DNA from: Guillardia theta CCMP2712
Lineage: Eukaryota > Protista > Cryptophyta
Length of the DNA: 64,000 nucleotides
Assembly (NCBI RefSeq): GCF_000315625.1
Contig: NW_005434606.1
Coordinates: 24,057-88,056 of the forward strand
Direction of reading: 5' to 3'
Below are positions 11,640 through 24,191 of the stretch, piece after piece. Numbering within the stretch: the stretch's first letter is position 1; each line of letters begins with the position of its first letter. The notes under the pieces were generated by a model. The model had not been told where the DNA came from. It made no database searches and saw only the letters and a list, made by a program, of their open reading frames with translations. The position numbers and the translations under genes are program-made.

Positions 11640-13944
11640 CAAAGAGACAACGCGCTGCAGAAGTTTGTCAAGACGTTGCTGGGAACTCGTTGACCGTCGC
11701 TCTCGCCCTCAGTACCCGGTACGGTGCCGCCGCGTGGCAGTGTGCCGCACTACTACTGTACGCCGTGACGCCGTATCGGACGGTGATTTAACCCGGATAA
11801 TGATCCGATGATCATCCCCCGCTCGCCGAGCCTGATCGAGTCATCGGATCATCGCATGGACTCGGGACTCTCAGCTGAGCGGCCCGGCGGCCCGGCGCCG
11901 GGCGCGGCCCTCTGAGCCTGAATCACTGATCGGAATTCCGACCGAAGTTCTGCAAGTTGTAACCAGGAAACCGGTGGATCCAGAATCAAAGGATTTTAAA
12001 TTGACCCGTCTTGTATCCCAATACTACCCCTCTCTTCCCCGAAGGGGTGGGTACACCCAGAGCTCCGATTTCATTTCTATTTTCGGTACCCCTACCTACC
12101 TTACCTTGATAACACCCTACCAATCCACATTGGACCCCTGTCACATATTGGAAATTGCAGGCTACGACGGCTGTTCAATGGACCCCCTACCCACCCATTA
12201 ATTCATGTACCCCCTTTCTTCAGCCTTCCGATTCTCCATCATTCAGCTTGCTTCTCACCGCCCCTTCATCCCCATTGCATTCCATGTTTAGACCCCACCC
12301 CCCAATTTAGGACCCCAATGTAAAAGTACCCCTCAATTATTGTTTCACTACCCCTTTTCTTATGTATACGTGTACTTCAATGATCTGACCCACCCTTCAC
12401 ATCTACCCCCACCCCCACTGGATGAGGTCTACCCCTCTGCGGCGGGAGAGCCAAAGGACAGACGTCATGGTTTACCAGGTGATGGCAGCGAGCGGGAGGA
12501 GGAGAAAGGAGAGGATGGAGGAGCACGTGAATGATGGTTACATCGAAGAAGCATGCATGGATGGAAGTAGAAGAGTGGGGCAGCTGAGGAGGGAGAGAGA
12601 CGAGGACAGGCTACAGGGAACTGGCAAACACAATCGGGTGTAAAGTCTAGGGAAAGAGAGGGGAAAGAATAGCTGAATAGGACGAGAGAAGACAGGCAGT
12701 TGACCTGGAACAGGCGACTAAAGTTGTTGATCGAGAAGATGCTACTAAGAGACGGGGATAGAGCGTTGTGAGGTGAGGCAGCGTGCCGATTGGAAATGTA
12801 GCTGGTGGAGGGGGGCGCTGAACAGGAACAGAATGATAGGATAAGGCACGAGGAGGAGCGATGGAAACCTTGGATGAAGACAGAGAGATATGGCAGGGAT
12901 ATCAAGATGAGATCGTAGAAAGCTAAAAACTATCTTCACGAGCAGCACGAGATAGAGCACACGCTGTTTGTGGACTGTTTCTTTTTGTTCAACAAGTGTT
13001 AGAGAAGCTGTTTACAAGGACGACATGTGTGATGATGCGAGAGATATGATGATTCGCAAAGATAAGGGAGGCATGATTTAGTTCACCAGCCACTATGAGA
13101 GTTGTAGCGCAAGGTTTGAGATCATGTATGGGCAGAGGATGTGCAGGGATCAGAAGTCAAGGCGATGAAGTGACGGTTAATTCTTAATTTCTTAGTTTAT
13201 GCGTATCTTTCAGTCAGTTTCTACCTCCTCTTACCCTCACACTAACTCTCTCTGTTCAGCGTGATACTCGTCAGCCAACCACCAAGCTCTGGGCAGATGG
13301 CATGAGCGCGGCTCAAGCTCGCAAGGCTCTCTTCGGTCAGTACAGCTGTACAACACCACGATTATGAATGGGTGGAAACAAAGTGTTGACCTTGTCCAAA
13401 CATTGTCACTGTCAGCACGCAGCTGGATGTCTTTCTTGTCTTGCTTGCCCATGTGTTTCTGTTGCTCTGTCGTCTCCTCGAGTTCTCGTTTGCCTGTCTT
13501 GTTACCTTCTCTCGTAGTTGTTCTTGCCACTGACTGCCAACAGGAAACAACTCCATGATGAGCGGCAGCTCCAGAGACAGCCTCGGTGAGTTGCGCAGGG
13601 CATGATGCTAGATGTCTCTCTCCCTTCTATCTCCTCCTCCCTGCCTCCCTCGAGCTGCCCCCTCTTGTTTCTCTTCGTTCTCCACTTTTCGCGTTCCTAC
13701 ATCACAATAGTATCCTTTTCTTAGGATTGTCTTGTGTGGCTGGTTCACCTTTCTCCCCTCAATGTGTTCATCCTCCTCCCTCCCTCCAGTCAACCTCCTC
13801 CTCCATCTTCGCTGTCCTCACCTTCACCGTAGGCCTCGGAGGGAAGAGCGCTATCTCCAAGTACATGAAGTTGGCCAACCCCGGAATGTTCCACTAGGCA
13901 GCAGGATGCCAAGTCGATAAGAGAGTGCGGGGTAGATGAGTTTT

Positions 13945-14070
13945 CCTCTTATCACAGTGCGATTGAACGGGACATGTCATGTTGATCTCGTTCATTGCTT
14001 CGCTATACCTCTTATCACAGTGCGATTTGAACGGGACATGTCATGTTGATATCGTTCATTGCTTCGCTAT
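13945..14070. repeat. Two-copy ~63-bp tandem duplication just downstream of the ORC4 stop
   Basis: cctcttatcacagtgcgatt(t)gaacgggacatgtcatgttgat(c/a)tcgttcattgcttcgctata starts at 13945 and at 14008. Confidence 0.9.
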
Positions 14071-14131
14071 ATCACATCTTTCACCTCCCCGTGTGTTATC
14101 TGCATGTGGGTATGTCGTATCAGCATCTCCT

Positions 14132-15363
14132 TCATACCATCTCTGTCGCCCATCGCTTGAAGTGCGACGGCATGTCGAACTTGTTGAGTATCTCCGTCAC
14201 CTGCCCAGCTTTCTCAGCGCAAACTTCCCTCACAGTCTCAGCTCACCCGACGAGCTGACAGCGCCAGCTGAAACTCCCTGCATACAAAACGTGAGCTCCC
14301 AGCACGGGCTCTGCAGGCCTTGAGCTGGTCTACCTGTGCTCACGAGGTACCCCACCAGGATGGTTCGTCTTGTCACTCCACATGACAAGCTCGAGAGCCA
14401 GCAGGTTGTCAACCGCATGCAGGCACGACGTGTAAAGTGACCTGCCCGCCCTGTTAGCTCTCTGCTGTAACCCAGCTGACCTACTCGATGGTGGGGGCCT
14501 CGAGCTGGGCTAGGCTCCTTCCCTCCTCCATGATGAGCCCAGCAGACGAGGCCGCGTGCCGGTTGGCGCTGACGAACTCGGAGAGATGCGAGTAGACCGA
14601 CTGAGTGAAAGTCAGCTGGAGGGCAGCTGGGGGAGGTCGGCAGACGTAGGTAGAGAGTCGCGAGCCGATGGAAGAGAGTCTGCGGATGGCGGCGAGGACG
14701 GCAAGATCGACGAGAGAGAGCCCGGCGAGAAGTTCCGCCCTGCTGTGGAGTGAGCGAGGGAGGAAGGGAGGAGGAGGGAGGAGGAGGGAGGAGGGAGGGG
14801 AGGAGGGAGGAGGGAGGGGAGGAGGGATGAGGATCGGGAAGGAATCTGAACCATGAGTCGAAGGAGCAGGCTCCTGCTGCTACTTCAAAGTGTGCAGGAC
14901 GAGGGAGGCAGTCGTCGACAGTCAGCGCTGAAAGAGCTGAAATCTGCGAATAGAAAAATCAAAAATCCCCGTCTTGTTCTCCTGCTCTCCTGCTCTCCTG
15001 CTCTCCTGCTCTACCCAAATCTTCGATTTCATTTTCCATCTGCTCTCCTCTTTCTCCTCTTCCCCACTGTCTCTCCTCCTCCCTCTTCGTCCTCACCGCC
15101 CAGTTGAACAAGGCAAACTTGCTGGTGGTGGACAGAAACATGGTCTGCAAAGAAAGTTACCAGGATGAGGGAGGAGGAAGCGGAGGGGAGGGAGAGAAGG
15201 AGAGTGAAGACAGCAAGAGAGGGCTGGGCTGGGGAAGGAAAGGTTGAAAGCACAGGACGCACCTTGAAGGATTGATGAAAGAGAGCGTCTGTCCGCAACC
15301 GATTGACTAGAGCAACAGTCAAACACCCTTCTGACGGCCCTGCTGCTCCTGCTGCTCCTGCTG

Positions 15364-15403
<40 letters not shown>

Positions 15404-16000
15404 TGCTGCTCCTGCTCCTGCTGCTCCTGCTGCTCCTGCTGCCCCTGCTGCTCCTGCTGCTCCTGCTGCTGCTGCTCCTGCTCCTGCTGCTCCTGCTCCT
15501 GCTGCTCCTGCTGCTCCTGCTGCTCCTGCTGCTCCTGCTGCTCCTGCTGCTCCTGCTGCTCCTGCTGCTCCTGCTGCTCCTGCTGTTTTCAATTTCTACC
15601 TTCACTACCATCTTTTCCATCATCTTTCTCCTTCTCCTCTATTACAACTTCTTCCACTGCTACACCTTCAACTCGCGGCATACCTCTGTCGTTGAACGCA
15701 TGATGATACTTTCGGAACGACTCTGCTCTCAAGTCAGCCTGCCAGAACTTGCACGAGAAGGCACAGGAAGACGGCAAATCAAGAAGCAAGAAGGAAGAGG
15801 AATGAAGGAGGAGAAGGAGCAGGAGGAGATACCAGGAGATTTGCTGATAAAATGCTCCGGGAGGCTGACAGACGAGCAAAGAACCTCGAGGGTCATGTGA
15901 GGGTCAGGTGGCTGCATGAAGAAGATCTGCCGGCCTGAACAGAGAGTCAGAGAAAGAAAGAAGAGGCGCAGACAGAGAAGGAGGAGCAGGAGCAGGAGCG

Positions 16001-16044
<44 letters not shown>

Positions 16045-16805
16045 CTGAAAATCTTGATCTCACTCTCTTCTCCAGGAGGTCCATGCACTCCAGACAATTT
16101 GACAACCCCAAGACAACCTGCCGTCCTCATCAGTGCCTCATCAAAACTGGTCTTCCTCTTTCTCCTCCTCCTCCTCGTCCTCCTCCTCGTCCTCGTCCTC
16201 CTCCTCCTCCTCCTCCTCCTCCTCCTCCTCCTCCTCCTCCTGTTAGTGATGGCTTTATTCGCTCNNNNNNNNNNNNNNNNNNNNNNNNNNNNNNNNNNNN
16301 NNNNNNNNNNNNNNNNNNNNNNNNNNNNNNNNNNNNNNNNNNNNNNNNNNNNNNNNNNNNNNNNCGATGCTGACCAACGACGCCGGAGAGGTCACAAGCC
16401 ATATCAACGGCCTGCTGATGCGAACGACCAAGATGCTGGAGTGCGGGATTAAGCCTCTGTACGTGTTCGACGGGAAGCCGCCCGAGCTGAAGAAGGACAC
16501 GCTTGAGGAGAGGAAGGAGAGGAGGGAGGAGTCAGAGGCTGCCTTGGCCAAGGCAAAGGAGGAGGGAGATGAAGAGGTACCTTGAGTGATCCTACATCCT
16601 CTCCTCATCCTCCTCTCCTCCTCTCCTTGGCTGCTGCCTCAGCTGTCGTTGGTCGCAGCGGAGAAACTGACGAGTCATGGTCAGGCTGTGGAGAAGTTTG
16701 CTAAGAGGACTGTGAGGGTCTCAAAGGAGATGACGGAGGATGCCAAACAACTTCTACGGCTTATGGGCGTCCCAGTGAGTCTTGTCCTCCTCCTCCTTTT
16801 TCTTA

Positions 16806-16840
<35 letters not shown>

Positions 16841-19691
16841 CTCCTCCTCGTCCTCGTCCTCGTCCTCGTCCTCCTCCTCCTCCTCCTCCTCCTCCTCCTC
16901 CTCCTCCTCCTCCAGTTAGTCATGACTCTCTTCACACAGTCCTCTACGTCTTGTCTCATCCCACTCACCACTTGAGCCTTCGGCGACTGCGTCAGGTCCA
17001 GCAGGTTGTAGAGGAGACTCTGCCAGCCGAGTTAGTGCTGGAGGTCAGCTGGAAGAGGCAGGCAGACCTGGCGGGGATGGGCCGCAAACATGTGGAACTC
17101 ATCGAGGATGAAGAAGATCGGCTGAGATAGTTGCCGGCAGCTCTTCACCAGCTCAAAGAGGAAGTTCATCGAGTGCTCCGCGTTCTGAATCTAGAGCGAC
17201 AGTCAGGCCTGCTGCTGCCGCCGCCACCACCACCACCACCACCTCTCTTCCTCCTCTTCCTCCTCTTCCTCCTCCTTCTCTTGCTTCTCCTCCTGTCCCT
17301 ACTCCCCTTGCCCTCACTGCTTGCCCCCCCTCTCTTCTAACCTGCTTGAGCTCGAACTCGAACTCGTGCTCGGCATTGAGCTCGTCTAGCAGGTAGAGCT
17401 GCCTAGCCGTCTCCCTCATCGCCTCCACGTCTGTTCGCTGCACCAGCCCGTTGAGACGGACCAGGAGGAAACCTGGGAACGGATGCTCCCGCTGCAGCTG
17501 CTTCAGCACCTCCTCCACTACCGAAGTCTTGCCCGACCCACTAGCACCAAGTCAGTGACATCTTCAACAGCAATCCTCCCTCCCATTCCCTCCCCTTTCG
17601 CTCTCTCCCGCAACCGAATCTCTTCCTCTTCTCGCACCTCGGTCCCAGCAGAAGAGCAGATCCGTTTGCTTTGCGGAGGATGCAGCCTTCGAGAATGTTT
17701 CTGACCTCAGCTGCCTGCTCCGTCAACCCGCAGAGTTTCTTGGAGGAAGAGGAAGTGGAGCAGGAAGAGGAAGAAGAGGAGGAGAACGACAAGGGAGAGG
17801 AGGACATCTGTCGTCTCAGCTGGCAGACAACACTGTCCAGCGCCTCCTGATAGACTCCAGCTGGCTTCGAGCTGCCTGATAGCTTACCCAGCAGTGAGGA
17901 CATGCAGGTCCGTAGGTTAGCACCGGACTCGTCACGTTTACTGTACTCGCCGCTCCCTCCAGCTGTTCGCACCATCGCTTTTGCCGTTGCGAAGAAGGTC
18001 GACGTTTTGTCCTCGGACGAGGAGGCGGGGGAGGAGGAGGAGAAGGGCTGAGGGCGGACGAGGGAGGAGGAGAGCGCAAGCTTTCTCTGTACCGGCTTGC
18101 GCTGGGCGACTCGGCCTTGATCCTGATCGCCATCGAAAAGAGAGGTGCGCGACACGCGGTTCCCTCCCCTTCTTCCTCCACTCTCCCCCGCCGCCACCGT
18201 CTCTGGAGTCTCCCAAGCACTTTCCGTGTGCATTGGATCTTTCCTCGATGACGCAGCAGCTTCTGCTGCTTTAGATGCGGAAGAGGAAGAGGACGAGGAG
18301 GCTGCCTCTTTCCTCCGCTTGGACTTTCTCTCCTGCTCCTGCTGCTCCTGCTGCTTTTCCTGCTCCTTATGCTCTTCCCCTTGCTCCTTTCCTCCTGCAG
18401 GAGCTGAAGGTTCCTCCTCCTGCTGGTCCCTGGCTCCAGCTTTCTCCTTGTCTCTCCTCTCAGATTTCTCCTTCTTCCCCTCTCCTGCACTGGACGTGAA
18501 CGCACTGACTCCAGCACTGACTCCAGCACTGACTCCAGCACTGACTCCAGCAGGCACTTCCTCGATCTCCACATGCATGCGCTTTGCCTGTATGACCCGT
18601 TTCACCGAAAATTGGGAGAGAAGAGTGGGAGTAAAGTCAGAGGAGCAGGAGAAGGAAGATGAAGTCAGAAGAGGAGATGCGGAAGAGTCAAGTTGGAGGA
18701 GAAGTACAACAAGGAGGAGGAGGAGGAGGAGGAGGAGGAGGAGGAGGAGGAGGAGGAGGAGGTGGTGGTGGTGGTGGTGGTGGTGGTAATGGTGGTGGTT
18801 GAGACGGAGCACATCCCTGGGGAGAACAAGGGAGGAGGAGCGGATGAGGAGCGGAGGAGGAGCGGAGTCGCCCTACCTTGCTCTGCGTCACCTCCCCCTC
18901 CTCGGGAATGATCGTCTTCCACCTGATGAAGCAGTTTCACATCTTACAAGAAGAAGACCCGGCAGAATATCTTACATGCTGTCATGCCGGCACGCGGCCT
19001 TGCTCTTCATAACCTCCCGCTCGCATCTTTCGAACGCGGCCTCGTTGGAGCCATACGTCGCCTGCCACTCGTCGAGTTTCTCTTGTACCTGAGCAAGAAA
19101 CTCACTAACAGATCGTGTGAAGTCACCGACAACGTAAAAGAGAAGCTGTGAGATTGAAGAAATAGAAAAAAAACATAAAATTTAACAGCAGATGCACTAG
19201 CGACTTACCCGCTTGCATGTGTAGAACTTGTTTGACAGGCGATCACACAGCAGCGACACGTAGCTAGAGTCTTGGCCCGCAGGAGCTGAGCCGAGAAGAG
19301 CCGCACCGAAGGATTCTGCTCTGACAGCATCTAGGAGGGCTGTCATCCGTACCTTGGTCCAATCCTCTGCTGTTGTGAAAGCTCCGTCGCCCTTCATCGC
19401 AGACATGTCCTTGCAATGGACTTCTTGTTCTTTTCCTTTGGCCTTATCCCCTTCGTCCTCGTCTTTGTGCGATACAGCTTTCTTAGTCCCTACATTTCTT
19501 GCCTTGTTCGTTGTTTTCGGCTGCGCCGAGCCCCCGTCCATTTTGGCGTCAACCGAGCTCTTCTTGTTTTCCACTATCTTTCTTCTTGTCATTGCAACTT
19601 TCTTCATTTCGTTTTCTTCGTCTTTCTTCTCTCTCTTCTTCTCCTTCTCCACACCCTCGTCTTCCTTCAGCTCTCTTCCTCTCGTCCGCAT
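14132..19691 (-). CDS. ORC4: Origin recognition complex subunit 4 with long charged/low-complexity N-terminal extension; many exons
   Basis: Spliced Walker A SALLLGP(S)[35 protein letters not shown]|[43 protein letters not shown] and C-terminal [16 protein letters not shown] (stop 14132-14134) all match ORC4 signatures. Linkage of the 5' exons (from ATG 19691) is inferred from in-phase splice sites. Confidence 0.85.
15341..15585. repeat. (CTG/CTGCTC)n microsatellite in an ORC4 intron
   Basis: Seen directly; generates spurious AGAAG/SSR/APA ORFs. Confidence 0.95.
16265..16364. other. Assembly gap (100 N, probably of unknown size)
   Basis: Exactly 100 N. Confidence 1.
16365..16774 (+). CDS. 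FEN1: Flap endonuclease 1, internal fragment (two exons, 16365-16576 and 16685-16774)
   Basis: [42 protein letters not shown]...|[30 protein letters not shown] is the FEN1 N-region and helical arch. Start and C-terminal half were not found in the window. Confidence 0.85.
18713..18800. repeat. (GAG)n(GTG)n microsatellite in an ORC4 5' intron
   Basis: Seen directly. Confidence 0.9.
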
Positions 19692-19786
19692 GGCTCCTTT
19701 CCCTTTTTGGAAGGTATCACCCCCCACCCCTACTCTAGTCGCTCTAAACCCTAGCTAGAGAGCAAAAAAGGTAATACCGTATGTCA

Positions 19787-19815
19787 TTACTCAAAGTTAA
19801 GTTAAAAATCAGTAC
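19787..19815. promoter_or_regulatory. 29-bp element TTACTCAAAGTTAAG(T/G)TAAAAATCAGTAC, copy 1 (~100 bp upstream of the proposed ORC4 ATG)
   Basis: 28/29 identical to 23242-23270; regulatory role is inference. Confidence 0.45.
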
Positions 19816-19969
19816 GAGGACAATCAGGAGAGACGACTCCGAGGAGGCTTGACCCTGACACTAGTGAGCAAAGTAAGTCGCACAGGCCAAACGGCGTGAA
19901 GAGAAAAGACAGCGAGAACCAAACCCAATCCTGTTAAATCCTGCCAACTCCTGTCCCCCAAACGTAACT

Positions 19970-21440
19970 GATACGGCCGTACTCCGTACAGTGGGGTAGT
20001 ACCTCACCCTTCAAGCCTTTGCTTACGGTTCGGGCCCGCCCGACCGTTCTGGGGTCACTGTCAAACCGCGTTGGTCTTTATTAACGCAAAAGAGCCGCCT
20101 CGGTCGGACCGGGGCGGCCGGTCCCGGGTTCAACGGTTGACTGAGTCAGTGAGCCAAGTTAGTAGCCTCAGTACCGTACCGTACGCCGAACTTAATCCGT
20201 CGGGCCCGGCCCGGCCCCCGTACGCGGCCGCCCGGAGCGCGGCGACTACTCAGTAGTAGACTTTGATTAAAGAAGTAGCCTGTCACAGTGTAGCACTCCG
20301 TTCAGGTAGCTTACTGCAAGTCCGACTGAGTACGGTAGTGAATGATCGGCTGAGTGCCGTTGCCGGGTGATCGCCCGGCCGACTCCGGCGAGGCTTGGAC
20401 CGTACGGGTCACCGGCCCCGGCGGTGCCGCGGTGCCGCGGCCATTGGCGGCACACCGTACAATCATCGGATCACTAAGTCTTATCATGAGTCTCGGCGCC
20501 GTGACCGGCCGGCCGCCCGGTCGGAGACCGCGGGCCGGGCCCCGGGCCCGGGTCTATGGCACTCGGAGGCTGCAGCCCGGGCTACTATGCCCTGAGGGCC
20601 GCCGGCCGGCCCCGGCGGCCCGGGCCCGGGCCCGTGCCGCAGGGCGGCGGCGGGCGCGCCGCGCCGCCGCCGGCCCGGGGCAGTGAGCCGCGGCGACCGT
20701 CGGGTAGGACGACAGTTCCGGTGACGGACCCGGCGACCCATCACTGTAGTTTCAACTGAGGGCAACCGTGAACGAGAATGGTGCCATGATTGATATTAGC
20801 GGCTCCCGGCTCGCATCGCGCTTGACCTCACCGGGCCGTGACCCCGTGGCGGCCGGGCCGGTGCGGCCGGGCCGGGCGATCCGATCATGGTGACCGTACC
20901 GTCACGCCGTACTACGGTACTATAGTACAGCGATCGGACCGACGTGTTTTCCGGCACTGGGAAGCCTGGTTCGGTTGAATCGGATCGGATGGTCACCGCC
21001 GTCAGTCTTCGGAACTGAGGCTCAGAGTACCGTACGCCGCCGGGTCACCGGGTCCGGTCAGGCCAGTGACTCAGGCCCCGGCCCAGGACCCAGCCAGGAT
21101 CAGATCGGCCGGCCGTAAGATACTCATCAGATCGGATCGGACCGTCCGACGGTCAGATGAGTGGATCACGAGCGTCTCAGTGGTGCTGCACGGCACTGCA
21201 CACGCGCCGCCACCGCGCGGCGGCTCCGAGCAGCGGCTGAGTCACCGATTCAACGGGACTCCGGGACTCCGAGGCTCCGGAGGCTCCCGGACCCCGCCGC
21301 GCTGGAAGCCTAAACTTTGAAACTCAACTCCGTGACAGGCAGACTCCTCAAGTCCGTGACCGCCGATGATTGCGACGGTTCAACGAATTCCTCCGATCTC
21401 TTGATTCATATGCCCCATGCGGCGCCTGGCGGGTCAACCG
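19970..21440. other. GC-rich, palindrome-rich non-coding island (one of about eight in the window)
   Basis: Dense CCGG/GGCC/CCCGGG/GTACCGTAC/TGAGTCA words; only Arg/Pro/Gly/Ala-rich junk ORFs. Confidence 0.7.
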
Positions 21441-22564
21441 TGGGTGAGGACCCGAATCGTTGAGGTTTGAGTGAGTGTAGCTTCAAAATGGTCACGCCTG
21501 AGGGCGCAAGCAAGCGCAAGCGCCTGAGGGGGTGAGCATGCGCGTTCAAGTTTGAGGGAGTATATCCTCTTACATGCTTTTACAGAGGGTCCATAGGCTG
21601 TAACTTGCATTGCTCTCCTTGCTTTGCTTGCATTGCTGTTTGAGATTTCTCTGAGAGCCTTCAGACTCATGGCTCTGCCCTCAGTGTTGACACTTTTCAG
21701 CTCCTCGAACTTTTGGACGTCAACCAGCCAAGGCCTCCTCCCCTTGTCACTGGCTCGTTAGAGGTGTACTGTATGAGCGCTTGTGCTGCCAACAGCTGGA
21801 AAGGAGGATAAGGGTAGGAGGACACAGGCGATGGAAGAGTCCCACCTGTTCTTTGACCTTTGCTGTGAATGAGTCCATTACACATCTTTCAAAGAATGAG
21901 ATCATTTGTCGAAGAATGAGTTCATTGGGTTTGCTTTCATCAACAGTTCATCTAAGGCTCATGGAATACTATTTTTACTAGGGCGAACGATGACGAGCAT
22001 GCTGGGTTAAATGAATAAAGTGGTTGCCGTGTAGATGCTAGACACGCGTGACACACAGCAAAGACAACAACTCCAAGACAAGGAAAGAGCTAGCTAAAAC
22101 ATAGCAAGCTCGTCCCTCCTTTGCTCCAGACACTTATAATGAATTTTGGGCATTAGCACTTGGAATGATTGTATGGGCTAAAAGATGAAATATACGTCAG
22201 ATTAGACAAGGAGCAAATCGATGAGGCGGATTAAACCAACAAAATGGCAGCGTGGTCTTGAGTGTACCAACACCTGGCTGAACGTTGTATTAAGAGTAAA
22301 ATCCCCTAAATGTTGAAAACACATTCTAGCTCGCTTTAGCAAGAGACTTGCAAGCTCGTTTGATAATGCAGCTCAATCCGATGCTTCATACTGAAGCTGA
22401 TCCAACAACATCGATGCTGATCAGTAGCTTACAATGTTTGCCTTTCCCTCGCTCTTAGATCCCAAAAAAATAACGAATTTCAACGACGTGCTTATTGTAA
22501 CCCGACATGGCGTGTCGTCAAGTGACAGTTATCATACATTGCCATTCCGTGCCTCCCTCACATC

Positions 22565-22981
22565 TTATATCTTAACTTGTACTAGTCTATCTCCTCCATC
22601 TGAGCTTTCATCACAGCAACTCAGATACTTCCCGTCTACGCTCCCGCCCTCGTTGTCTTGTGCCTCTGAGATGCGCTTGACCGATCTGGCGATGCAGCCA
22701 AGCGCTTTTCGCTTCCAGTCTGACAGCTGATCGAATCGATCCTTGTCGATGCCAAGAGCCCCGACATGCTCGTCCCAGGAATATCGCTCAGACAAGTTGT
22801 TGAGGGACACTGATCGTTGCATAGCTGAGCGAACAGGTGCAGCTGGAACAGAGCTGGAAGGAGATTTCCCACAATCAGGAAAGAAGTGACTGGCAGAGGA
22901 TGGGGGGGGAGAGGAGGAGGAGGAGGAGGAGGAGGATAGGAAGGTGGAAGAGATGCAGATGTCGTCCTGGCTGACGGGCAT
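22565..22981 (-). CDS. Small Ser-rich hypothetical protein with a villin-headpiece-like motif; 3' end uncertain
   Basis: True ATG at 22981. ALGIDKDRFDQLSDWKRKAL resembles the headpiece pattern FGM...F..LP.WKQ..LK. Confidence 0.4.
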   Translation of the reverse strand: MPVSQDDICISSTFLSSSSSSSSSPPPSSASHFFPDCGKSPSSSVPAAPVRSAMQRSVSLNNLSERYSWDEHVGALGIDKDRFDQLSDWKRKALGCIARSVKRISEAQDNEGGSVDGKYLSCCDESSDGGDRLVQVKI

Positions 22982-23241
22982 GTCTGGCTTTTCTTGTTCG
23001 CTCTTGTTGAGACTTTTATGGAGAAAAGGGAAAAAAAGTTTACAAGAATACTTTTAGCCGGTTCAGGTGTCAAACTCGAAATGTATTGTTTTCGAATCTT
23101 CCTTAGTTTAAGAGCCGGTACTTTGCGCCGGTACGTACCTGGTACGAGCCTGAGGGGTCACATGAGTCCGCGTCCGAGAGCTTCGAGTTCGGAGTTCAGT
23201 CCGATTACTGTCAGCGTGTCACACTACTGGCACTCCAACAT

Positions 23242-23270
23242 TTACTCAAAGTTAAGGTAAAAATCAGTAC
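23242..23270. promoter_or_regulatory. 29-bp element, copy 2 (~260 bp upstream of the ATG at 22981)
   Basis: 28/29 identical to 19787-19815, same orientation relative to a minus-strand ORF. Confidence 0.45.
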
Positions 23271-24191
23271 CAGTCTGAGGGTGCTCGGATGGTACCGTGA
23301 CTCCGACACCCGTCGCGGCGCGGCGGGCGGCGCCACGCCGCGGGTTCAACCCCCGGCCGCGGCCCGGGTCACCGGGGGCCGGCGGCCCGGCCGCGGTTCA
23401 CCGTCACTGTGACCCCCGGGCGGCGAGGCCGGGGGCCCGGATCACCGGTTGAAGAGGCCACTGACGGACCGCGCCCGGCCTCTTTTGTCTCACGCCACTT
23501 AGCCTGGCATGCCCGCCCAGCCCCCGGCGCGCGGCTCACCGTGAGTACGGTCGGTCAGTCCGAGACGGTCGTCGCAGGCCGCGCTCCCGGAGCCTGGTCC
23601 CCGCCCCGGTCTGAGGCAAGTTGCCACCGCGCCCTGGCGGTCCCCCGGTCCGCCGATGATCAGCGCCTCTTGAAGGCCAGTGACTCGAATTCAGGCCGGA
23701 AGAGGGCGCGCGGTCCGTCGCGGCCCCGCGGCCCGGCCGGGCGGCCGGGATGGCATCGGATCAGTCAGTGACAACCGTGAACTTGAAACTGACGTGAACT
23801 TCAGGCTTGCCAACCGACAGCATCGGGGCGGAGCCTCCGCCGAGCCGCCGGCCTAAAAGACTCTCGAACGATAGGCTCGGTTGAACGGACTCGGGACGGT
23901 CATACTGGAGTCCGAAGGCCCGTGACCTGAGTGATCCGGCGGTCTACACTACGGTAGAGCCTAGCCTAGTAGCCTGGGCGACTCGAGCTACAACTAGGCT
24001 ATCGACAAGCAGCCTGCCACCGAAACTCCGAGGCTCAGTTTACTTTCAGCGATCTCCAAACGATCAGACATCAAGAGCCTGAGAGGGTTCACTGGCCAGA
24101 GGCTGACAGTGAGCATGAAGGAGGAGGGAGGAGGGAGGAGGGAGGAGGGAGGAGGGAGCCTGCGGAGGAACTTAAGGAGGCACCACCGTAG

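Noticed and set aside
13237-13900. Possible small spliced gene downstream of ORC4 (similarly 21434-21960 and 57431-58044)
   Set aside because: Some exon-like segments, but I could not build a consistent reading frame or recognise a family.
15029-15695. AGAAG-, SSR- and APA-repeat ORFs (silk-like or SR-like proteins)
   Set aside because: Translations of an intronic CTG/CTGCTC microsatellite in ORC4.
20071-21320. Arg/Pro/Gly-rich ORFs in GC islands (also 23409-23771, 56780-57290, 61869-62114)
   Set aside because: Expected from stop-poor GC-rich DNA; no domain or codon signal.
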